DNA from: Bilabrum cf. latius
Lineage: Eukaryota
NCBI GenBank assembly: GCA_965178125.1
Contig: OZ237759.1
Coordinates: forward strand, 917,085-937,084
Length of the DNA: 20,000 nucleotides
Direction of reading: 5' to 3'
Each line of letters begins with the position of its first letter. Position 1 is the stretch's first letter. Position numbers and translations under genes: made by a program. Below the pieces are notes generated by a model that was not told the DNA's origin, did no database searches, and was given only the letters and a program-made list of their open reading frames with translations. Positions 10,587-20,000 of this stretch are shown piece after piece.

Positions 10587-11160
10587 AACCCACGCGAAAC
10601 CGAAAAAAAATTACAGATTCGCATCAAAAGTGCACGCAACTTGCACTTGTCACGCCGAAACCTACCCGTTCACCCAACGAGCAGCGCGAAATCAGAAACA
10701 CTCATATTGCGCTCCTTGTATTCAATTGCAGAGGCGCATACTTGGCATATAGCTACTATAGCATATTGTGCATACAACCCTAAAGCAAACGTGAGTCAAA
10801 TCGATGGGGTATGCGTGGGGATTGCCTTGCGCAATGCGCTTGCTGCAACGTGGTTCAGACGTTTGCCTCAATTGCGCGACGGCAAGCACTCGTTGGAACT
10901 AATCTCGCGCATATTATCAAATAATATAACATACTGCAAACAATTGCGCGGCGATATATAGGCTGCGCGCCCAATGCTCACTTTGCTTGCGGTAGGTGTG
11001 CTGCGACAACATTTGTGGTGGCCCGGATCAGGTTGCGGAACCTGATGCGCGGCACCGCCGTGACGAGTGCGCCACCAGGGAACAACGCATCGTACCATCA
11101 TACTAATCACATCCCAAGTATATTATATATCCTTGTGGCATCTCTGTCCGCAGTCTGGTC

Positions 11161-14100
11161 ATGGCGCAGTCCACGTACGACGCCACCAAGCATGTGAAGG
11201 CTCTCGATTACCTCCGGGCCTTCCTGGACCGCCGCGCGAAGGGCTACGCCCAGAACCCGCATCGCGTGCGCATCGGAGTCCCAGGGCCACTTCAACCAGG
11301 AGGTGCCGCCCTGCCTGGCCCGCCGGCCGGCGAGGCGCAGGCCCAGATCCCGGCCCAGGTGGGGCCAGCGCCAGGCGGTCATGCCGCCGGGGGGGGCGAT
11401 GCGGCAGGCCTGCCGGCCCCCGTCCCAGCCATCGGCGAGCATGCTCCGGAGCCCCAGCACCAGCAGCAAGAGGGCGCCCAACAACCACCACCGGGTGCAG
11501 CTCTTGCTGCTGGCCAGCAGGCGATGCCCGCCGCCCCGCCCCAGCACCCCGCTGGTCCGGGTGCCAACCTGCCGGTCCCAGGAGGCCTGCAGCCCGAGCC
11601 GCCAGCTGGCGATGCCGACGCCTTCCTCCCGATCCCGGAGCCCCAGCAGGAGCCTGCAGGTGGGCCAGCCGGCGTCGGTCCGGCCCCTCCAGCAGCCGAG
11701 CAGCAGCCAGCTGCCCAGGCTGCCCAGCACCAACTCGTCCCTGGGCCCGTGCCTCTCGCCGAGGTGCCCGTCCTGGCCGGGGTCGGCGCAGGGGAGGACG
11801 CGATGGAGGACGACGAGCCCCCAGAAGCGGTCCAGGCCATCTTCCTCGGGCGCCAAGCCGCCCACGCGGCCACCCAGGCAGCTCGGCAGGCCATGGTCTG
11901 GGATGCTCAGGGCCAGCAACCGCTCTTCGGGGCAGAGGGAGGAGCGCCCGAGCTGCCCATCCCCGGAGTCGTGTTCGCTGCCGGTGCAGAGGCAGCCGGC
12001 GCCCAAGGCGGTGGCGCAGGCCCAGACGCCGGAGGGGAGGTCGGTGCGCCACCCGTGCAGGCGTGGAACCTGGTCGTCGGCGACCCTGGGGGAGCGCATG
12101 GAGAGGAGGCCCTGGCCGTCAACCTCCCGCCCGAGTACCGGTTCGGCATGCACGAGGCGACAGACGACCTCGCGCAGCACCCCATGCTGGCCTACCACAT
12201 ATGGGAGGTGGACGACGAGGCGGTGCAGGCCCTGCAGGGCCTGCTGACCTGCGTTGGCAGGCAGGAGCTGCCTCCCGAGGTGTGGAGGGCGCTCGCACCT
12301 CCAGTGATGGAGACGGTGACCATGCAAGGCATGCGGCGCTGGTGGGCGTACCAGAGGCGCGCCGTTGTCGTCGTGGACAGCCTCCTGCATGCCGAGACTG
12401 ATGCTGCCGGCGTGGAGCAGCGCGCGCAGAGGCGCGGCCGCTTTCTCGTGCAGCTCGTTGGCTGGACTGACATCACCAAGATGCTGGAGAGCGAAGACCT
12501 GAACGAGGAAGGGGCTGCCTTCATTCGGAGCAAGCTGGCTTCGGTGGCGGTCAGCTTCTGGCCGTCTCCGATGCTGGCGGAGCCCGGGCTGCACAGCCAC
12601 AAGCTCTCTCCGCTCCGCACGGAGTGGGATCACTACATCGAGTACAACCGCGTGGACGAGACGGTCTTTGACGCGGTCGGGCTCTCCGAGCAGCCTCCAG
12701 CGTTCATGTACGAGGACGAGGACGAGGACGAGATGGAGGAGGGGCCGGCGGCGCAGCCGGCTGGGGCGGAGGAGCATGCAGAGGGCGACGAAGATGCCGG
12801 GTATGAGGCTGGGGAAGGCGAGTGGGGTAGGGAAGGCCAGTGGGACTCGGACGGAGACCAAGGTGGCGACGAGGAAGCGGATGGTGGAGATCCTGCCGCG
12901 GAGGCTTTCGGAGCTGCGGATGCCGAGCTGGAAGGCGAGCCTGAAGAGGAGCAGGAGGCCGCCCCGGATGTGCTGCGGAACCCACCAGACGGCATGGCGG
13001 CCCCCGTGGCGGTCCGCTCTGAGCTCTCCGATGTCGACGCCATGGAGGTGGTCGGGATCCTATCCGGCGCCGGAGCCTCCCAGGAGGTGCAGACCAGCCC
13101 GTTCATGCTGGCGCTTGGGGGGCCGGTGTCACGGCTCCTGCTGGACGAGCCGCTGGACCAAGCCTACGGCCTCATCGACGTGCTGATTGGAGCCGACTCG
13201 GCGACGCAGGATGGGGTCCTCTGCGGGCGCAGGGGTCTGCAGAGGGACGGGGGGCAGATCAGGGTGCAGTCGGCCACGCAGCAGCACCAGCGCACCGAGG
13301 TGGACACGAGCGGCTCATCCAGGCCCCGGCTCGGCTACAGCATCGTCTTCAACCGGCACATCCCCACGTAGGAGCGGGACAATCCCGGCACGCCGAGGAG
13401 TCACGGCGCGTACTACTCACCCCGCATCGACGTCGCGTACCTTGGACCGATGGGGATCCAGAACATGGGCGTGGATTCGGAGCCGCTGCGGCTGCACCGC
13501 ATCCATCACGCTCTCCCTGCACCAGCAGGGGACCACGTGACCGTCCAATCCCTGACATCGGACGTTCGAAGTGCAGCTCGTCGCTTCCACCAGAGCAGCG
13601 AGGAGGTTGGGGTGCTAGAGGAAGCTGAAGCGATCCTGGAGGGAAGCACCGGCACAGTGCGAGGCAATGCCAGGGCCGTGAAATCCGCACGTGCCACGCT
13701 CCGCAAGTACCTCACGATGATGCCCAAACAGCGCGGGGTCGGATCTGGCGACGTCTCGGTCTCTGTCCTCCTGGCGGGGGCGGCTGAGGTGCGAGTCGTG
13801 CTACCGGAGGGCGGTGTGGCTCGGGTGTTTGGCGTTGCTCACGCAGGGTCTGAGGAAGAGCAGGCCTCCTTGCGCACACTCGCGAGGCGCTGGAACATCC
13901 GGCGACTGGAGGGAATGCGCCTCGTTGGAACGCCGTTCGACCAGGCCGTGCAGTCGCTCCTGATTGGCATCGCAGGTGCCATCAACTACGTGAGAGAGAA
14001 GGAGGGGTACCGCGGGCCCGAGTTCATGGTGCAGTCGACCCCGAGGACTGCCACGACGGCGCAGGGACTCTCCGCATCGTACGCGATTGTAGCAACCGAC

Positions 14101-17100
14101 TCGCCCGTCGGTGTCTCTCGCGGAAGCACCCACACCGAGACTTTGAGTCCTGGAGACCGTCACATGGGCGTGCGTGGGACTGCTGAGCCTGATGGCGGGC
14201 ATCGCATCAGGCCCGGGTACTTCCTGTGCGAAGTGCTCCGGGTTCTGAGCGAGGACGCGGCCCTGCATCCCACCCAGGTCAGCCATCTGCCCCACAGGCT
14301 GAGATATCCTGACGGACTGAAGATCCAAGGGGTCCTGGCGTGCTCGATCTACCGAATCCTGGTCGTCGGGGGCCAGAACCAGGCGGCGGTTGCTGTGATG
14401 CGATCCCTGATGCTGCGACAGGCTCCGGCCGCTGGTGAGCCTGAGGAGGACCCTCCGGACCACGGCGGGCACCCTGTAGTGTTCGTCGACCCTCTTGCCG
14501 CCGGGAGGGACGCCATCCGCATGGCGACGGAGCTCGGGCAACATCGACCAGAGATCCAGTGCCAGGACCCCGTGTTGCTCTCCATGGACCTGGGCTTCAT
14601 GGCAGGTGGCGGCGACATGCACGCTGCGTTTCCGAGCGTGCTGGGCCTGCGTCATGCCATGGCACTTGCGGGTGATGCCGTGGCCGACATCTCCTCCGTA
14701 CCGGGCTTCGGACAGGTGGGGAGCTAGTTCGTCTTCCCAATGCAAGTGGATGAAGAGAACGTGAACTGCCTGCTCATGAGCCCATCTCTGGGCAGTGTGC
14801 AGTTCAGGGCTCGTGCCAGAGGCGATACGCAAGCTGCCATGACTAAGCATGACTTTCAGCACGTGGCTGAGCTGGTATCGCAGGCCACCCGCGAGCGGGA
14901 CGACGAGTTTGTTCGTAAGCTCTTGCCCGCGATGCTGAGCGTATCTCACGGGGTGCAGATGTACGTCGAGCAGGCGTTCCGCTCCACGAGGCTCAGCGGC
15001 GACAGTCACCAACGGCTTGGGTCTCGGCTGTATGGTGAGCTGGAGCGATGCAGGCAGCAGGTTCCAAAGGTGGGGCGGGCTGCTGCGGCCACCATGGCAA
15101 GGGTTGCGCACGACGAGGCCACCGAGATCGCGTGTCGCAGGTTGCAGGCTATAGGTGACGCTCGAGCATCGCTTCGCGTCGAATTCAGCATGGCAGGGCC
15201 CGGTCTTCTGATGGGACTAGCAATGGCGCTGGGACTTGAGGACGGACACGCCAGTCTCGTGGATGCCCTGGCGGAAGGAACGTCGACAGTTCGAGCGCCC
15301 TTCTTTGACACAGTTGCTGCCATGGTGCAGCGGGAGGTGGCGCATGCCGTCACGCGGGACTTGGAGGAGGCGGTCCGAGGGGCCATGGCTACGGCGGCCA
15401 GTATCGAGATAAAGGCTATGGCGGCTGAGCAGGTGTCGGACGGTTTAGCTGTTCAGCAGGCAGTCGCAGGGGAGCTGCGCATGCTTGCGCTGGATGTGTC
15501 GCAGATGGTGGCCCCCACCCAGACTGGGCAAGCCATGACCCGGTCCATCATGGAGTCCGTCCTTCCGCGTCCCGAGGCCAGACTGCGGCAGGCCATCTGG
15601 CATGTGGCGGATGGCACCATTGCGGACCGACGGCGAACGGTGGAGAAGGATCCACGCAACTGGAACGGCCAGTGCCGCGTAGCCCAGGCAACTCTGGCTA
15701 TGGTGCTTCAGGTTGTGACCAGGGGCGGGGTGAGGGAGATCACGGATCCGGAGGCCCGCTCTCCAGAGGTGCTTCCGAAGCTGCTGCACGGCGTAGCGTC
15801 ACTCATCGTGGTGGGTGTGCAGTCGGCCTCGCTCATTGCCTGCACGGGGTAGCGACCACTCGCGGTAACACGGGCTGACAGCCGGCGCCACGTTGTCGGA
15901 TTCGCCGCTGGGACTGAGTCTCCCAAGGACTGCGCCTTGCTGGATCTGAGGTCGTTCCTGCAGAGCGGCAGTGACGATCCCTGCGTGGAGCTCGGCCGGG
16001 TCATTGGTCGAATGCTGCACCCGGCCTTGGTGTCTGCCGTGCTGATCAACGCACCAGGCCCTCTACTGACTGCTGTAGTGCGAATCAGCCCAGGGAGGCT
16101 TGCGTCCGAGGTGGTCATGCAGCTCGAGAATACCGTGGCTCTGACGCAGAGCATTGAGCAGCAGGCCAAAGCGGCCACCTTACTGGGAGCTCCAGCCTCG
16201 CTGATGCACGAGACCATGAGAAACCTGGGAGTAACGCTCGAGGACATGGTCTCCGCGCTCCAGAAGGCGTACGAGGACGTTCCCTTGGCGGCAATTGGTG
16301 CATTTGCGGCCATGGTGAGAGGAGGCAAGAACGAGAAGTTTCCGCATGGGACGGCGATTCCGGTGAACACCCCTGGTGTGCCATTTCCGCTAGCGCTGTG
16401 TCTTACCGGCTAGGATGACGACGGACGGTTCAGGCTAGGGTCGCTCCCGCTGGGCGGAGTGCCGGATACCATAAGGGTGGATGGGACCCAGTCTGCCTCC
16501 CCACTGCAGCTGATGCTTGCTGGCAGGGCGGCCACCGTGCTACACGACAACCTGCTCCAGATTGCTATCGGCACGGTCCGTCGGCAGGGCCGTTTGGTCA
16601 AGGAAGAGGAACTCGACTTGGTTCGCAGGGGCACGCACGCAGGGGAGCGCTTGACGCTGGCGCTGCCGGGTTCGACGCAAGAGGCTGCCCGTGTCGACAG
16701 CCTCACCCGAGCTGCAGTCTTGGCAGCCATGCGGCGGATCTAGAAGTTCAGATATATGAGCACTTCCGTCTACGACAGGACCAGGCGACTGCTTCGTGCA
16801 CGGTAGGTGGAGCCTTGGGATGCGCTTGACGTGGAGGATATGCGGAGGCCCTGGCGGGACTAGTTCCGCTTGCCATTGGAGGAAGGTACCATCGGTGAGA
16901 GTACTGCAGCGGTACTTAGGCGTGGAAGCTTCGAGACCAGACGGGCTAGCCTTGCGCTGATGGGCATCGCCACGGTGGCGGGTCGGGCTTGCCAGGAGGA
17001 GGCATAGCAGCCCGTAGTGCGAGCAACACGTTTGGTAGTAGGGTGGTTGAGGTCCGATGTCTCTGACGCAATGGTCCTGGACGATGGAAGCGAACAGCGT

Positions 17101-18147
17101 CAAGCTGCCGTCAACGCTGCTGCAGGGGCCGAGATGCTCCTCACGGAACTGTGTGGTGTCGAGACCGTGAAGCTCTTGGCCAAGGTGCAAGCGCTCATGG
17201 ACCGATCCGAGGCTGCACATCTGCGCCACAGAGACGAAATTATGCATGGAGATCTGCCGGAGACGAACAGCCGGCAAGAGCGCGTAGGTTTTCGTATCGG
17301 CTGTGCAATCGCGGCAAGTAGAGGGCAAGAGGCTTTGGAGAAGCTGAGGAGACTCTCATCGCTGGTCCGGATGGCTCGACGGGTGGTGAAGACAGCTCGC
17401 AATGCTTTGCACGGCGGTGCAAGTTGTCACGCAGTGCTTGCCATGGTTCGTGCGTCCATTGGACGGGTCCGAGGCCTACGAAATGCCGTGGAGCGAGCGC
17501 GTGAGTTGGCTGGAGCTGCCGAGGTCGAAGGGGAAGGAGCAGCGGAGCGGCTGGGGAGACTGGGTGCTCTCGGATGGCAGGCCATCCAAGCGGAGCGAGT
17601 TCGTCTGGTGGTGCAAGCAGCTAGAGGAGCCGCTCGCTTGTACAGGCGTAGTCGGACATATCCAGTTGGATCCGCCAGATAGAAGGTCTGCCTGCGAGGT
17701 ACGCTGCTTCTGACGGGGTTTGTCAGATCCTAGCGACATCCCTTTGCAGTAGAGCCCAGTCCTTTGGCACGGACGCTTGCTGGGTGGAGCGTGGTGCAGG
17801 AGTGGAAGCATGTGTTGCGCCAGCACTCTTTGTTGATGGGCCTGGGTGTGGGACTTGGCGATGAAGACGAGCGGGTGCAGTAGGTGTGCCAGACGGTGTT
17901 TCGTGCCAACGACGATCCTATGGAGGTAGAATTGGCCGAGGGGCCCGGCAACTGGAGTCCTGCCGAGATCAGTGCATTTAAAGCAGCGGATGTCTGGGGA
18001 GAGGACCAAGGGAAGATGGCCCTGTCCATTGGAAAGGTCTAGGGCTTGCTCGCATCATGGCGGAGAACAGCGAAGCATCTTCAAGAGACCGCTCAAGCTG
18101 ATGGCCGCGGAAAGGGCAGGATGCAGCTCTAGCACATGTTCGGTTGA
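11161..18147 (+). CDS. Giant hypothetical protein, 2328 aa, with 13 in-frame TAG codons; Pro/Gln/Ala/Gly-rich N-terminus, acidic linker, long C-terminal body of unrecognised family
   Basis: ORFs starting 11161, 13450, 14740, 15937, 16459 and 17017 are all in frame 1. Manual translation of the gaps and the 3' extension shows only TAG (13369, 14725, 15850, 16411, 16741, 16804, 16861, 17005, 17680, 17731, 17881, 18040, 18130) until TGA 18145-18147. Confidence 0.85.
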
Positions 18148-18264
18148 TCCTGTCAGGTGTCTAGACGTGTTGAAGTAGATACTGTTCTTGTAGATCCAAA
18201 TCTATACAACGAGAAAAAAAAATCATATCAATAAGCATGCTCGAAATGTCAAGAAATCCAGAAG

Positions 18265-20000
18265 GACCCACACCACGCCCATCCTACAACCGCGATGAGA
18301 CATCCACACACCGGAATGAGACCTGCCACATTGAGGTCACATCTGGTGGATTAGAATGGTCCGTGTCGGGCATCCTTAGCTCGCAGATGCGCCATTGCTG
18401 CCGCAGGATAGGAATGAAGGAGCTTGGCCCCGAAAACGTGGTGGATTTTTTTCTCCCATTTCAGTAAACCAAGTACGCTAAATGATTAAATACAATAATA
18501 CAAGCTCACGAATTAGCTAATCGGATTTGAAATTCCCCCACAAAGGGGAAAGGTTAGGAATAGGGTTTATGTCATAGACCGGTGAGATTGAGACTTGGTT
18601 GAAAGATTTGAAACTCCGAGTTATTCCAGGGAACATCGTACATAGGTGCATAGACATCATGTGGAAAGTGTAAGGCATTGGAAATGTTTCCCGGCTGAGA
18701 AAACATGGATCAAAGATTCGGGTTAGGGCTCGTATTTGTGTGGCGTTACACTTGGTAGGGAACAAGCAATGTTGTGTCGTCATGATACACTTGGGACAAT
18801 GTCAAGTACCATCAAGCACAAGTGTATGCGATTTGAAGACATTGCATCCATAAGTTGCCGCGATATTGAAGATCAAAGTTCTGAAGGTTAGGGTTAGGGT
18901 TAGGGTTTTCCCTGAGGGGCGTGCATTAGCTGTGAATGAGATTTTTTTGATTTCTAGGGTTCATTTGCACTTTGAATCATCATGTATTATGTGTGTGAAG
19001 TTTGGAGATTGGCTGACATACAGTTATTGAGCACTTGAGCAATACAAGTAGTTGCCTTTGCTCATCTGGTCGGCGCCACGCCCACAGTGACTGGGCGACT
19101 GGCGACCCACACCACGCCCATCCTACAACCGCGATGAGACATCCACACACCGGAATGAGACCTGCCACATTGAGGTCACATCTGGTGGATTAGAATGGTC
19201 CGTGTCGGGCATCCTTAGCTCGCAGATGCGCCATTGCTGCCGCAGGATAGGAATGAAGGAGCTTGGCCCCGAAAACGTGGTGGATTTTTTTCTCCCATTT
19301 CAGTAAACCAAGTACGCTAAATGATTAAATACAATAATACAAGCTCACGAATTAGCTAATCGGATTTGAAATTCCCCCACAAAGGGGAAAGGTTAGGAAT
19401 AGGGTTTATGTCATAGACCGGTGAGATTGAGACTTGGTTGAAAGATTTGAAACTCCGAGTTATTCCAGGGAACATCGTACATAGGTGCATAGACATCATG
19501 TGGAAAGTGTAAGGCATTGGAAATGTTTCCCGGCTGAGAAAACATGGATCAAAGATTCGGGTTAGGGCTCGTATTTGTGTGGCGTTACACTTGGTAGGGA
19601 ACAAGCAATGTTGTGTCGTCATGATACACTTGGGACAATGTCAAGTACCATCAAGCACAAGTGTATGCGATTTGAAGACATTGCATCCATAAGTTGCCGC
19701 GATATTGAAGATCAAAGTTCTGAAGGTTAGGGTTAGGGTTAGGGTTTTCCCTGAGGGGCGTGCATTAGCTGTGAATGAGATTTTTTTGATTTCTAGGGTT
19801 CATTTGCACTTTGAATCATCATGTATTATGTGTGTGAAGTTTGGAGATTGGCTGACATACAGTTATTGAGCACTTGAGCAATACAAGTAGTTGCCTTTGC
19901 TCATCTGGTCGGCGCCACGCCCACAGTGACTGGGCGACTGGCGACCCACACCACGCCCATCCTACAACCGCGATGAGACATCCACACACCGGAATGAGAC
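18265..20000. repeat. 839-bp tandem repeat (2 full copies plus the start of a third, running off the window) containing short telomere-like motifs
   Basis: GACCCACACCACGCCCATCC starts at 18265, 19104 and 19943. Identical ORFs occur at 18517 and 19356. Each unit has (TTAGGG)3 (18888-18905 and 19727-19744). Confidence 0.97.

Larger units (their letters stand above)
7187..20000. mobile_element. Putative telomere-embedded cassette (satellite, two divergent orphan genes, long tandem repeat)
   Basis: It begins abruptly after a perfect telomeric tract, is bounded by repeat arrays and has orphan gene content. No transposase, reverse transcriptase or integrase motif was recognised, so mobility is inference only. 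Confidence 0.3.

Noticed and set aside
11067-12861. Long overlapping ORFs (444 aa on +, 584 aa on -, and others)
   Set aside because: Shadow frames of a GC-rich coding sequence, with Arg/Pro-rich or antisense-type composition.
3570-18132. In-frame TAGs explained as acceptors of small introns
   Set aside because: RPN1 homology runs ungapped through both TAGs, and 13 frame-preserving introns all ending in an in-frame TAG is implausible. Only the 1522 case remains ambiguous.
11161-18147. Telomeric retrotransposon pol gene or Y'-type helicase
   Set aside because: No reverse transcriptase, endonuclease or Walker A/DExH motif was recognised by eye. A profile search is needed before any such call.
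18517-19622. 88-aa minus-strand ORFs in the 839-bp repeat
   Set aside because: Short, AT-rich, unlike the codon style of the real genes, with no recognisable motif.

Overview
Eukaryotic, probably protist, chromosome-end-like region with GC-rich coding DNA and TTAGGG telomeric repeats. The main result is that the standard-code ORF track splits four long genes, and every in-frame break is a TAG: 20-21 TAGs in about 4,600 codons, no in-frame TAA or TGA, no frameshifts, and all four genes end in TGA. One TAG in the proteasome subunit RPN1 sits at a position I recall as a conserved Gln, pointing to a nuclear UAG=Gln code, possibly uncoupled from UAA. Left part: a 5'-truncated PARP16-like tail-anchored ADP-ribosyltransferase (1-1797), RPN1/PSMD2 (2350-6035, one 95-nt intron), a 73-bp tandem repeat, then 90 perfect TTAGGG units (6647-7186). 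Beyond that tract lies a cassette of more than 12.8 kb: a 155-bp satellite (about 8 copies), two divergent orphan genes (512 aa on -, 2328 aa on + with 13 TAG codons) separated by a tRNA-like Pol III-type element, and an 839-bp tandem repeat carrying short TTAGGG seeds. This could be a telomere-embedded element. A chromosome fusion or misassembly cannot be excluded from sequence alone. Homologue comparisons are from memory, not database searches.
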